A stretch of 64,000 nucleotides of DNA from a virus: positions 64,001 through 128,000 of the IMG/VR virus record IMGVR_UViG_3300047462_000154; one strand, 5' to 3'. Position numbers and translations under genes: made by a program. Shown here one piece after another: positions 20,242 to 30,370 of the stretch; positions within the stretch are counted from its first letter, which is position 1; every line of letters begins with the position of its first letter. The notes under the pieces were generated by a model. It did not search any database and had not been told where the DNA came from. It saw only the letters and a program-made list of their open reading frames with translations.

Positions 20242-20760
20242 TTATCTCATACCAGCTAAAGTAATCGAAGAATTGGAAAATGTTGTATCTGGAGACGTTA
20301 TCAAAGCAACTGTAAGCACATCGCCAACATTAAATGTTGTTGCGGTGCTATTAGAAGTAATTGTTCCTGTTGAAGAAGATGCTGGAAACACAATACTTCC
20401 AATCTGACTACCATTTTTATTTAAGCTTAAAGTTGTTAAATTTGTTGGTGTGTTTCCACATGTTGCTATGCTTGGTGAAAAATTATTAGAAAATGTAACT
20501 ATTCTAGGAAATTGTATACTTGCTAATATTTGTCCAGATGTTGTAATAATGTTTGGATAATAAATTCCAATATCATATGGTGCAGTATAAGAAACATTTG
20601 CTGCTCCAGAATTTGTTCCAGATGTGGTTACGTTAAAATTAATAAAATTGATTGCGGATACCGCACTACTTAATATTGTTCCATTACTTTGAACAGCAAT
20701 GTTACCAGAAGTATATGTAGGAACGGTTGTTCCAGGCGCTATGATTTTTATAATACTCAT
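20242..20760 (-). CDS. virion fibre-associated protein
   Basis: C-terminal YD.....PS.ATCG.TPT...NVGD.LT domain shared with 20783..24454. Confidence 0.65.
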   Translation of the reverse strand: MSIIKIIAPGTTVPTYTSGNIAVQSNGTILSSAVSAINFINFNVTTSGTNSGAANVSYTAPYDIGIYYPNIITTSGQILASIQFPRIVTFSNNFSPSIATCGNTPTNLTTLSLNKNGSQIGSIVFPASSSTGTITSNSTATTFNVGDVLTVALITSPDTTFSNSSITLAGMR

Positions 20761-20782
20761 TTATTTTTCACTTTTTATATAT

Positions 20783-23700
20783 TTATCTAGCACCAGAATA
20801 ACCACAGAGAGAAATTGAAACATTCGCTAATGTTGCATCTTGATTAAATGGAGCATTTATTGTTAATATATCACCAACATTAAAATATAATAATCCAGAA
20901 CTATTTACATAAAAAACTGCATTGTAATTTCCTGGATTAAATTGAATATAACCAAGAACACCACCATTAATATTGATTGTAAATGTTGAAGTAGAAGTTG
21001 GTGTTGTGCCACATGTTGCGACACTTGGATTAAATTGACTATTAAAATAAATGGGTCTTACAATATTATATCTAATAACTTGTTGATATGACCCAGGAAT
21101 TCCAGAAACAAAAAAATCTAAATCATATGATGCATAATTTTGCACCATAATATTGTTGATACCCAAAGTGCCTTGGCTTTTTAAAACAGGATAAACATTT
21201 AATGTGTTTGTAGTATTAAATAATCCAGCAGGACTTATTGAATTAGATGTTGGATATCTATTAGAATATTTAAAATATGGTTCACCAAAACTTATAGAAT
21301 TTTTATAATAATTGCTATTACATGATAATAACCAATCGTAATTCCCAACTGTTATTATATTTACTGCTCTATCGCCGCCAGAAATTGTTCCTGCATTATA
21401 AAAATAAACTGGCTGCGGCACGCCGCTTGCCCAAGTATTTGCAGTATAATTTGCCAAATTTGTGTAATTTATTCCATCATTAGAACCTTGAATCGTTATT
21501 GTTGCTGGTCCTTGATATGCATCGTCAGTTCTTGAGTAAAATATTATTTCATCAACCGCTGTTGATAATGGAAATTGATACACAACTGATGAATTTGTAT
21601 CATCAACTCTTCCAGTCCACCAAGTAGATTGATTTGAATCAAACATATTAGATGCAGGATTTGTTGATGCATTGTAAGAAGATGATGCCGTAACTATGCC
21701 GCCAGTTAATGTAATTTGTGTTCCAGAAAGATAAAATTGAATTTCGGATAATGCAATATATCCTGTTCCTACAGTTGATAATGTAAAATAAAATTTCCAA
21801 TAAGTATATGTTTTTTGAATATTTGTTATTGAACCATTATAAAAAATATAATTACTGTTATTTGTTGTTGATATATAATATTGATTATTATTAGTAAAAA
21901 ATCTTGGAATATAATTTTGTTGACTTGTATCAGAAAATACCAATGTCCAAGTTACTAAATCTGGAGATGTTGCCATCGAAGTATAATAAGAACCGCCTGA
22001 TGTAGTGATGGAATAACATATTCTATATAATGAAACACTTGAATCATAAATTAATTGCGAAACACCACACCCAGAATTTCCATTCAATGGAAGATTTAAT
22101 TGCGCGGTTCCTGAAAGAATTGTAATTGGAGATGTTAATATATCTGGTCCAGATGTAATTAAAACTCCTTGAACAGTTATTGTGCTTGTTGTTTGATTAG
22201 TTGATGCAATTCCCCAAGTAGTTAACGTTAAATAACGATTTCCATTAGGATAATATATAATTGATATGTCTAAATCGTTTTGTAAATATCCACCACGCTG
22301 ATTATAAATTACGCCAATTTGTGTTAATGATTGAGATTGTGAAGTAGTTGTTGGTAAAGTTGCTTGAAATAATCCTTGATAAAATGCTCCATTAGAATCA
22401 TTACAAATCGCGGTAAAAAGTATTGTATTATTTGATGGAAAATAAGGTGTTCCATTTTGATTTGTTACTAATGTATATTCACGTAATCCCGTATACCCAA
22501 ATCTTCCAGATTTGAAATTTGCAAATTGCATTGAACCAGTACCGCCTGCTGTTGCATACGTGAATGCAGCACCCCAACCAGATAAATTACCAACTGTAGA
22601 AAAATTATAATAAGAATTTATCGCGGTGGTTCCAGTAATTTGTTGCCATGTTGAACTACTTGAAGACCCTCCGGGTTTTATCCAACCAACAACGCTATTA
22701 TTAATTAAACTCATACCTAAAGAAAATGGCAATGAAGTAGAATATGTGACATTTGTAACAAAGGTAACTGAGCCTGCAATTTTTACTTCAATACCAACTT
22801 GATTGCCTGAAAATTGGTAAACGCAAAATAAAAAATTATTTCCATCTTTTGCAATACCAACACCAACATTTGCATAACCAGTTTCGTTTGCTATCGGATG
22901 TGCAATAACATCAATTGCAACAAACATTTGTGGAATCGAATATGTACTAGATGATTCAACAAAAATATCATTGGCAGCAATTGAATGATAAACGGTAGCA
23001 ACATTTGAAGCCACCGAAAATGAACCAAATGTTCCAGTTTCGGAATATCTTGTGAAATTTAATGTTGTTGTAAATGTATCAGTAAAATCCATTAATGTGG
23101 ATTGTGGTTGGAAATAATTTGACAACAAAAATTGTGGAGAATAATTGAAATTTAGTTGATTTGGTAATAATTCAATTTGATTTTCTATTAAAAATCCAGT
23201 ATTGTAATTCGCATTATAATGTGAAGATATTTGATGTGGTGTTAAACATGTTTTATAAAAAGCTAAATTCGAATAATATCCAGGTGTATAATCTCCACTA
23301 TAACTAGGATTATATCCCAAACTAAAATTATTATCTCCTGCACAAACACCAATAGCACTTGTCCATTTTTGAGTTAAAGCCCCATTTACATAAAATGACA
23401 AATTAGAATATCCATCATACGTTACTGCAAAATGATAAATCTCACCAAGAATAGGTGTTCCCGTAATGTTATTTAAATCTGCTGCTCTAACCCCATTAAA
23501 CGCCACATCTAAAAAAGGCGGATTCCCAGTTCTTGCAAATATTTGTAAACCAGTATTTGCGGTATCGGTATGTGAATTTGCACATATTCTATTAGAACTA
23601 GTAATTGAAATTATTTGACAAAAAAACTCAAAAGACCATGATGGATTTGGTGCAACATAAAATCCTTGTTGGACTCCTGATTGCCAAGCTGCTGGATAAA

Positions 23701-24454
23701 CTTTATTTAAAACAGTATAATTAACACCATCATTTGATGCTTGAATCGTTATTGTTCCTGGTCCTTCAACAATATCATTTCTACAAAAAAAACCAATCCA
23801 ACCACATGCAATTGCTGATGGAAAAACATATTGCAAAACAACATTTTGACCACCTGAATATGCTTCAAAAAATGTGCTAGTATTTCCATCAAATGCATTA
23901 GAAGCAGCATTGTTGACTCCATATGGAGCAACAGGAACGCTTGCTGTTCCATTGCGTGTATAGGCATTAGCAAAACCATCATTGAAATATATTTCAGATA
24001 AATCAACATTTCCTGATGTATTGATATTATTTGGGCTGTTTGAATTTAAAACAAATTGCCAATATTGATATGAGACCGTATTGATAGGAGGATTACGAAA
24101 TGGTACAGTCATATAACCAGAATTTAGCCAAGTAGAATATGTATTATCACAAGTAATTGGTGGTGAACCATTAACGATATTTCCACCATAAGTTCCATTT
24201 AATCCACCAATACTATCAATTGCGGCAGCAGCGGGTGCTTGATTTGGTAATGAGATTTCGTTCATTAAATAAAGATTACAAGCGCCATCTTTTATTTGTT
24301 GTGCGGCAATATAATTTCTTTGATGTGTAGTAAAATTTATAGCTTCAAAATTACCAACCAAAGTTCCATTCTTACTAACTTTAATTCCACCAGTTGCATT
24401 TACAACACTGCCTGTGCCATTAGTTCCAGTGCTTATTATTTGTTTACCAACCAC
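20783..24454 (-). CDS. large carbohydrate-binding tail protein (LamG plus two F5/8C discoidin-like domains)
   Basis: 1223 aa; ASNAFDGNTST/ASNMFDSNQST and GP.TITIQ.SNDG.NYT repeats; LamG YHFAVTYDG...FYVNG. Confidence 0.75.
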   Translation of the reverse strand: MVGKQIISTGTNGTGSVVNATGGIKVSKNGTLVGNFEAINFTTHQRNYIAAQQIKDGACNLYLMNEISLPNQAPAAAAIDSIGGLNGTYGGNIVNGSPPITCDNTYSTWLNSGYMTVPFRNPPINTVSYQYWQFVLNSNSPNNINTSGNVDLSEIYFNDGFANAYTRNGTASVPVAPYGVNNAASNAFDGNTSTFFEAYSGGQNVVLQYVFPSAIACGWIGFFCRNDIVEGPGTITIQASNDGVNYTVLNKVYPAAWQSGVQQGFYVAPNPSWSFEFFCQIISITSSNRICANSHTDTANTGLQIFARTGNPPFLDVAFNGVRAADLNNITGTPILGEIYHFAVTYDGYSNLSFYVNGALTQKWTSAIGVCAGDNNFSLGYNPSYSGDYTPGYYSNLAFYKTCLTPHQISSHYNANYNTGFLIENQIELLPNQLNFNYSPQFLLSNYFQPQSTLMDFTDTFTTTLNFTRYSETGTFGSFSVASNVATVYHSIAANDIFVESSSTYSIPQMFVAIDVIAHPIANETGYANVGVGIAKDGNNFLFCVYQFSGNQVGIEVKIAGSVTFVTNVTYSTSLPFSLGMSLINNSVVGWIKPGGSSSSSTWQQITGTTAINSYYNFSTVGNLSGWGAAFTYATAGGTGSMQFANFKSGRFGYTGLREYTLVTNQNGTPYFPSNNTILFTAICNDSNGAFYQGLFQATLPTTTSQSQSLTQIGVIYNQRGGYLQNDLDISIIYYPNGNRYLTLTTWGIASTNQTTSTITVQGVLITSGPDILTSPITILSGTAQLNLPLNGNSGCGVSQLIYDSSVSLYRICYSITTSGGSYYTSMATSPDLVTWTLVFSDTSQQNYIPRFFTNNNQYYISTTNNSNYIFYNGSITNIQKTYTYWKFYFTLSTVGTGYIALSEIQFYLSGTQITLTGGIVTASSSYNASTNPASNMFDSNQSTWWTGRVDDTNSSVVYQFPLSTAVDEIIFYSRTDDAYQGPATITIQGSNDGINYTNLANYTANTWASGVPQPVYFYNAGTISGGDRAVNIITVGNYDWLLSCNSNYYKNSISFGEPYFKYSNRYPTSNSISPAGLFNTTNTLNVYPVLKSQGTLGINNIMVQNYASYDLDFFVSGIPGSYQQVIRYNIVRPIYFNSQFNPSVATCGTTPTSTSTFTININGGVLGYIQFNPGNYNAVFYVNSSGLLYFNVGDILTINAPFNQDATLANVSISLCGYSGAR

Positions 24455-24476
24455 TATTTTATTCCGCTTTTACTCT

Positions 24477-24484
24477 TATTTATA
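24477..24484 (-). promoter_or_regulatory. T4-type late promoter
   Basis: TATAAATA on minus strand 22 nt upstream of start 24454. Confidence 0.6.
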
Positions 24485-24542
24485 ATATTGACTGACTGAT
24501 ATTTACCATTTATACTTATAAAGTCATAACGTTAAGGAACTT

Positions 24543-25250
24543 GTGTTAATGTTGTTTTTTAAAAAGAAAAAAGCAGAACCAATTATCGTTAAACCAAAAC
24601 AACAAATCCCATATGATGATTTAAAAAAATCTTGTTTGGAAGAACTAAAAAACAAAAGGCAAGAAACTTATGAAAAATATCTAGAAAATTATCAAAAAGA
24701 ATTCAAAAATTTTGAATTTTCTTTGAAAAAATATGATAATTTTCTTTCAATTACAATTAAAACAGAAAAAGAAAATTTTACTCGCGCATTCAATTTAAAT
24801 TGTATAGAAACTATTTCTTTTAATGAAGGGTATCCTGTAAAAAAAACAGGAGAAAAATGTTATGCTTATTTAAAATGGTCTGATTCAGACAATGAAAATT
24901 TTGCATATAAAAGAAATGATTTTGAAAACGATCATGAAATTTATTTGGATTACTATAATAACAACTATGATTTTGATGACAGTTACACATTTTTTTATAA
25001 AGCATCAATTCCAGAAAATCTTGAATATAGTGTTTTTTGTAATTATGAAAATTGTAATAGAATGATTTATAATCTAAGAAAATTTTCATCAGAAGGTGGT
25101 ATAGGACGATATACAATTACCGATGATGATTTTTGTTCTTTTTCTATGCCAGATTTAATTATTTTAGATAAAATTGGCATGTTATGTGTTCCTTATGGTA
25201 AAGGAAAAGAAATATATCAACAAATATTGGAGACAAAAAATGAAGGTTAA
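24543..25250 (+). CDS. hypothetical protein
   Basis: 235 aa; TTGACT-17-TATACT promoter at 24488-24516 and AAGGA RBS. Confidence 0.7.
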   Translation: MLMLFFKKKKAEPIIVKPKQQIPYDDLKKSCLEELKNKRQETYEKYLENYQKEFKNFEFSLKKYDNFLSITIKTEKENFTRAFNLNCIETISFNEGYPVKKTGEKCYAYLKWSDSDNENFAYKRNDFENDHEIYLDYYNNNYDFDDSYTFFYKASIPENLEYSVFCNYENCNRMIYNLRKFSSEGGIGRYTITDDDFCSFSMPDLIILDKIGMLCVPYGKGKEIYQQILETKNEG

Positions 25251-26502
25251 ATTATCAACTTTATCAAACGGATTGCGCGTTATCACAACAGAAATGCCAA
25301 ATCTTATTTCTGCAACATGTAAAGTATTAGTGAATACTGGTTCAAGAAATGAAAAAGAATTTGAAAAAGGTGTAACGCATGCATTGGAACATCTTCGATT
25401 TAAAAGTACCAAAAACAGAAGCACATTTGATATAGCAAAAGAATTAGAAATGCTTGGTGGTTATACCAATGCATATACTTCAAAAGAAACAACTGTTTAT
25501 TATGCAAGTGGATTATCTGAATCTATTCCAAAATTTATAGAAATTTTGGGAGATACAATGTCAAATACTCTTTTTGAAGATAAAGATGTTAGAACAGAAA
25601 GTGGTGTAATTTTACAAGAAATTGCAATGTATGCAGATAATGTGAGTGATATTTCAGCCGATGCTTATTATGATGCTGCTTTTAATGGACAACCAATAGC
25701 ACATCCAATATTAGGAACAAAAGAATTTGTTGCTAACATGAAACGAGAAGATTTTTTACGTTATGAAGACGAACATTATTTTGCAAAAAATATGGTATTA
25801 AGTATTGCTGGTAATGTTAATCATGATGAAATTTGTGAACTTGCAGAAAAACATCTTGGGCATATTAAATCAGATAACCCAAATAGAGAAATTAGAAGCA
25901 AAACCATTTTTCAAAATAAAGAAAAAATAATCGTAAATGATTTTGAACAAATTTGTCTTAATGTTGGTTTTCATTCATCATTATTTCAAAACGATTTAGA
26001 AACAGGTAAAATAGCACATGCATTAGCTGGTACAGCTTTGGGTGGTGGTATGTGCAGTCCATTATGGCAAGAAATTAGAGAAAAACGCGCATTAGTATAT
26101 TCTACATATTCTTATAGTGATGAATTATCTGATTTAAATTCAATGATTATCGGTGCTGGAACAACACCAGATAATTTTGAAGAATTATTACAAACCATGT
26201 CCAATATTGCAAATAATTTTAATTCCTTAGTAACCAATGATGATATTTTTCGGGCAAAAAATGCACAATTAGTTCAATTATCAGCATTAGTCGAAAATGC
26301 AAATAGAATAACAAGTCATTTTGGATATCTTTTGCTTGAAGGCAGAGCATTAGAAATGCCAGAAATTACAATTCAAAAAGTAAAAGATTTTGATGAAAAA
26401 AATATTAGAGATTTATTTGATGATTTTAAAAATTTAAATATTGCCGTTGGGGCTGCTGGTCCAGTGCCATTTGATAATGTCATTGACAAAATTAAAAACT
26501 AA
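25240..26502 (+). CDS. M16B zinc peptidase (pitrilysin/MPP-like)
   Basis: LSNGLRV, GSRNE, inverted zincin HALEH, NAYTS.E.T, LGGGM.S.L.QEIREKR.LVYS; start moved to ATG 25240 behind GGAG. Confidence 0.9.
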   Translation: MKVKLSTLSNGLRVITTEMPNLISATCKVLVNTGSRNEKEFEKGVTHALEHLRFKSTKNRSTFDIAKELEMLGGYTNAYTSKETTVYYASGLSESIPKFIEILGDTMSNTLFEDKDVRTESGVILQEIAMYADNVSDISADAYYDAAFNGQPIAHPILGTKEFVANMKREDFLRYEDEHYFAKNMVLSIAGNVNHDEICELAEKHLGHIKSDNPNREIRSKTIFQNKEKIIVNDFEQICLNVGFHSSLFQNDLETGKIAHALAGTALGGGMCSPLWQEIREKRALVYSTYSYSDELSDLNSMIIGAGTTPDNFEELLQTMSNIANNFNSLVTNDDIFRAKNAQLVQLSALVENANRITSHFGYLLLEGRALEMPEITIQKVKDFDEKNIRDLFDDFKNLNIAVGAAGPVPFDNVIDKIKN

Positions 26503-26510
26503 TATATAAT
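26483..26510 (+). promoter_or_regulatory. sigma70-type promoter
   Basis: TTGACA-16 nt-TATAAT just upstream of ATG 26517. Confidence 0.7.
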
Positions 26511-26516
26511 GATGAT

Positions 26517-27404
26517 ATGATATTAGAACGCCTACATAAACAGGGTATTATTCAATGCCCGCCATGGATGATTAATTCAATTCATTATCTCACAATAATG
26601 GGCAGTGATGCTTATGGTGTTTCATCAGGTAGTTCTGATATTGATTATTATGGCTATTGTGTTCCACCAAGAAATATTGTGTTTCCTCATGAGGCATCGA
26701 TAATTTTTGGGTTCGATGACGACAAAATTCAGAAATTTGAACAATGGCAACAACATCATTGCATCGATAATTCAACACAAAAAGAATATGATTTTTCTGT
26801 TTTTAATGTCGTTAGATATTTTAAATTGTGTATGGATGGAAATCCAAATGTTTTGGACAGTTTATTCGCGCCAAGACGTTGCATTGCCGTAATTACACCA
26901 ATGGCTGAACACATTCGCCATAATAGAAAAATATTTTTGTCAAAAAAATGTTATAGTAAATTTAAAGGCTATGGTTTTTCGCAAATGGCGAAGATAAAAA
27001 ATGGTTCAAATTCTTCAAATCCAAAACGCAAAGCAGATATTGAAACCCATGGGCTAGATTTAAAATTCGGGTATCACATTGCGAGGCTATGCCAAGAAAA
27101 TGAACAAATTTTGCTTGAACATGATTTGGACATTGAACAAAATCGCGAATTACTTAAATCAATTAGACGGGGTGAATGGGATTTTCAACGTTTGGAATCT
27201 TGGTGGATAGAAAAAGAAAAATCTTTAGAAAAACTTTATGTTGAAAGCACTTTACGCCATGAACCAGCATATGATGAAATCAAAGCATTATTATTACAAT
27301 GCTTGGAAATGGTGTTCGGTTCTTTAGATAAAGCGTACAAACAAGATTTATCTGTTGATAAAATGATTGTGGAATTGGATAACGTTATTCAAAAATACCG
27401 TTAA
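26517..27404 (+). CDS. Pol-beta superfamily nucleotidyltransferase (RlaP/PF10127-like)
   Basis: GSDAYG...SDID.YG; GNPNVLDSLF; K.GYH..RL. Confidence 0.8.
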   Translation: MILERLHKQGIIQCPPWMINSIHYLTIMGSDAYGVSSGSSDIDYYGYCVPPRNIVFPHEASIIFGFDDDKIQKFEQWQQHHCIDNSTQKEYDFSVFNVVRYFKLCMDGNPNVLDSLFAPRRCIAVITPMAEHIRHNRKIFLSKKCYSKFKGYGFSQMAKIKNGSNSSNPKRKADIETHGLDLKFGYHIARLCQENEQILLEHDLDIEQNRELLKSIRRGEWDFQRLESWWIEKEKSLEKLYVESTLRHEPAYDEIKALLLQCLEMVFGSLDKAYKQDLSVDKMIVELDNVIQKYR

Positions 27405-27709
27405 TAATAACAATCTCTCAAAATATTATTTACCAAAAAGAAATCACCAGATTTCTTCATTCTGTCAGTGTAAATACATTTATAATGCATAATAAGAATT
27501 TCTGAATCCTGTCTATTACCCAAAGCGCGATAGTAAATATCGCAGGCGGTTTTTTTTGGGACAATATTATTTACATTACTCATTTCAAAGCCATTTAAAG
27601 CCTTCTGGGCGGCTTTGATAATGTTTTTGAGATAACCTACCGTAAACGTCTCAGAAGCCGCCAGAGCGCGTGCTTTGTCTTTGCTGATGCCATGTTTAAT
27701 AATTTCCAT
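27401..27709 (-). CDS. hypothetical protein
   Basis: 102 aa ORF. Confidence 0.55.
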   Translation of the reverse strand: MEIIKHGISKDKARALAASETFTVGYLKNIIKAAQKALNGFEMSNVNNIVPKKTACDIYYRALGNRQDSEILIMHYKCIYTDRMKKSGDFFLVNNILRDCYY

Positions 27710-28119
27710 TGACCTATTTTATCATATATGTCATGAAACATCTACAAAATATTGGAGATACACTGATGTTGACTGATGTTCGCGATAGTAGTTTTGAAAT
27801 TGAAAAAGACCATGCGATTGAAATTTATCTACGCAAGCGTGGTATGTATAATCAACCACTAGCATCAGTAAAATTGTTGAGTTTTGAATTCCAAGAAAAC
27901 ACGCAAGAATATTTGAACATTTACTTGATACGAAACACAAACAAACATTTCATCAAAAAAATTAAATTGAATGAAAAATTTGAAAAATTATCAAAAGATT
28001 TTGAAGATGTTGAAATCAAATATACTTTGAATATGAAAGCAAATCTTGTTGTTCATATTAGCAAACCAGATATGGTTGAAGTATCAAGAGTGCGTTTACA
28101 TTCATCTTATAGAAAATAG
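27709..28119 (+). CDS. hypothetical protein (true start probably further downstream, ~27766)
   Basis: GGAGA RBS precedes ATG 27766. Confidence 0.55.
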   Translation: MTYFIIYVMKHLQNIGDTLMLTDVRDSSFEIEKDHAIEIYLRKRGMYNQPLASVKLLSFEFQENTQEYLNIYLIRNTNKHFIKKIKLNEKFEKLSKDFEDVEIKYTLNMKANLVVHISKPDMVEVSRVRLHSSYRK

Positions 28120-28138
28120 ATGGTGATATTATCACCAT

Positions 28139-28687
28139 CTATTTTACAAGTTTCCTGTAAGTTAAACTAATTCTCGGACGCACCTTAAAACCAGCTTTAG
28201 GAATGCGGTGAAAATGTGTATCTTGCATGCCTGCATCCATTAAAAACAAAGAACCATCACCCAAAATAAAACTTTCAATTTCGGATGTTTCTTTGTTCTT
28301 TGTTTGAATTGTCCGTAAACCAGCATTGACTGGTTCTCCATATAAAGAAATCACCGCAATAGGAAATGCATGGTCAATGCCAGGGTCATCATCCGCATGC
28401 CAACCTAAAGCATCTCGTTCAGATTCGTAGCCATTTAAAAAACATCCTTCAAATCTGAATCCCAAATGCTTTTCTAAAGCATCAGTGCATTTTTCAATCA
28501 AAGGATGAGTTTCTTGTGGAAAATATGTCCGCACACCAACACCACGTCCATAAGTATATGACCGATTCAACGTGTTAATCCAATATTCACGTCTTGGTGC
28601 ATCAGCACGCCTTTCCCAATTCAATTCATCCCATAAAGATTTGAATATGTTTTCAGGCTCAACAAATTTCTCAATATACGTTGTCAT
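28139..28687 (-). CDS. AlkB-like 2OG-Fe(II) dioxygenase
   Basis: LNGY...D.LGWHADD (HxD), L.DGSLFLM, HRIPK, RISLTYR. Confidence 0.9.
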   Translation of the reverse strand: MTTYIEKFVEPENIFKSLWDELNWERRADAPRREYWINTLNRSYTYGRGVGVRTYFPQETHPLIEKCTDALEKHLGFRFEGCFLNGYESERDALGWHADDDPGIDHAFPIAVISLYGEPVNAGLRTIQTKNKETSEIESFILGDGSLFLMDAGMQDTHFHRIPKAGFKVRPRISLTYRKLVK

Positions 28688-28725
28688 ATAATACCCATAT
28701 CATCTCAAAATTTATTTGTCAAGTT

Positions 28726-29139
28726 TTATAAAATATTGTATATATCATTTTCATCAGTTGTATAAATTATTTTCTTGATTGAAAATGTAGCTATACATTT
28801 TTTACATCCCGCGCAGGGATATGCATTTCCAGTAATCCATTCTTTTTTGTCAGATTTTTTTATTCGATAAATATAAAGAGTTGCTTTTTTCAAATCTTCT
28901 ATTTCTAAAAATCTTAATGAATTATATATAGCGCTTGTTTCTGCATGTAAATATATTGATTCTATATTTTTTCCATATTTCAATTGAAATGGATGAGACC
29001 TTCTTTCATTGTATCCAAAACTTATTACTGAGTTTTTGATTGTAAGAATTGAAGAAATTTTACTATTTCGAACTGGTTTAACGGATATGGCAAATTTTCT
29101 TGCCATTTTCATAAATTTTATATCATGTTTTGAAAACAT
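28726..29139 (-). CDS. zinc-dependent cytidine/dCMP deaminase-like protein
   Basis: GYN, LHAE, PCAGC. Confidence 0.85.
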   Translation of the reverse strand: MFSKHDIKFMKMARKFAISVKPVRNSKISSILTIKNSVISFGYNERRSHPFQLKYGKNIESIYLHAETSAIYNSLRFLEIEDLKKATLYIYRIKKSDKKEWITGNAYPCAGCKKCIATFSIKKIIYTTDENDIYNIL

Positions 29140-30332
29140 TTAATTTTTTCTTTACTAATAATAAAATATGGTTTTAGATTTTTTTCTTCCAAGGATGTAT
29201 TTTTTATTAATCCATTGAATTTTTCTCCACATCCAGTGAAATATAAATGATATTTTCCTGGTTCTATTTTAACATCAACAAAATCATCTTCATCTTCCCT
29301 GTAAAGATTATATATTTCTTCACTACCCATGATTTCAATTAATTTTTCCTTTTCAATAATAGTAATCCACCATAATCCAGTTGACACATGACCTAATTTT
29401 TTTTCTTTTAAATCTTTTATTGCTTCTTGATATAGTTCTTTTGTTTCATAGTCATAATCATCAAAAATATTTGAGCAATCGGCAACAACAATATTACCAT
29501 TGCTTTCAAAAACATCTGGTGATGTATTACTTACATTAACATGAATTATTCCCAATTTTTTCCAATACAAATTGGTTGCATTTACTCTTCCAATTGCAGA
29601 ATTGACACTGATTTTAGCCCATTCTTTTTTTATTTTTTTACAATATTCATCAAAAATTTGATTTTTATAGAACCAATCTGTTATAATTAAATTACCCGTT
29701 TTAAATTCTATTTCTAAATGTTCTATTTTTTGTGGTGCAATTGGGGATATTTCTTTAAAATCATTTAATATAGAACAAAATCGAGTAAGTTTAAAATTCT
29801 GCCAATTTTCAAAATTTAAACAATATATGTGATTATCGCCTTCACAATACCATTCAATATGAGTTTTCCAATCTTTACTAGCGTAATTACCAGCATTTAT
29901 AATTTCAACAATTTCTTCATATGTTGGTTCTTTATCTTTATTTTTTCTTACCAAATCAACTATTAATGTTCTAAAAAGTTGATAAAATAAATGAAATGCT
30001 GTATAATCATCATCATTTTCATCGTCGCAATCATCATCATCTGAATAAGTTGGTTTATTTGGTAAAGTTTTTGTTTCAACAAATTTATTCCAAAAAATTG
30101 CTTTTGGTATTAAATGTCCTTCAATTCCAGAAATTTTATTTAAATGATTTTTATTGTTTAAATCTTTCAAAAATTCAACAAAACAAAATAAACAATCGTC
30201 ATAATTGGTCGCCTTATCCAATACTCTAAGAATATTAGATGTTATGTGGGAATTATATGCATCTTTTTGTATTTGCTTACCAAAAAATTTGTCAAAATCT
30301 TCTTTTGAAAAAAAATCAGCAAAATTAGACAT
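29118..30332 (-). CDS. hypothetical protein
   Basis: 404 aa, GGAG RBS. Confidence 0.75.
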   Translation of the reverse strand: MSNFADFFSKEDFDKFFGKQIQKDAYNSHITSNILRVLDKATNYDDCLFCFVEFLKDLNNKNHLNKISGIEGHLIPKAIFWNKFVETKTLPNKPTYSDDDDCDDENDDDYTAFHLFYQLFRTLIVDLVRKNKDKEPTYEEIVEIINAGNYASKDWKTHIEWYCEGDNHIYCLNFENWQNFKLTRFCSILNDFKEISPIAPQKIEHLEIEFKTGNLIITDWFYKNQIFDEYCKKIKKEWAKISVNSAIGRVNATNLYWKKLGIIHVNVSNTSPDVFESNGNIVVADCSNIFDDYDYETKELYQEAIKDLKEKKLGHVSTGLWWITIIEKEKLIEIMGSEEIYNLYREDEDDFVDVKIEPGKYHLYFTGCGEKFNGLIKNTSLEEKNLKPYFIISKEKIKCFQNMI

Positions 30333-30370
30333 GATAAAGGCTCCAAAAAAACCTTTATACGGAAATAATT

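Noticed and set aside
812-24454. Invertase-driven shufflon for fibre switching
   Set aside because: No recombinase gene and no inverted crossover sites were seen
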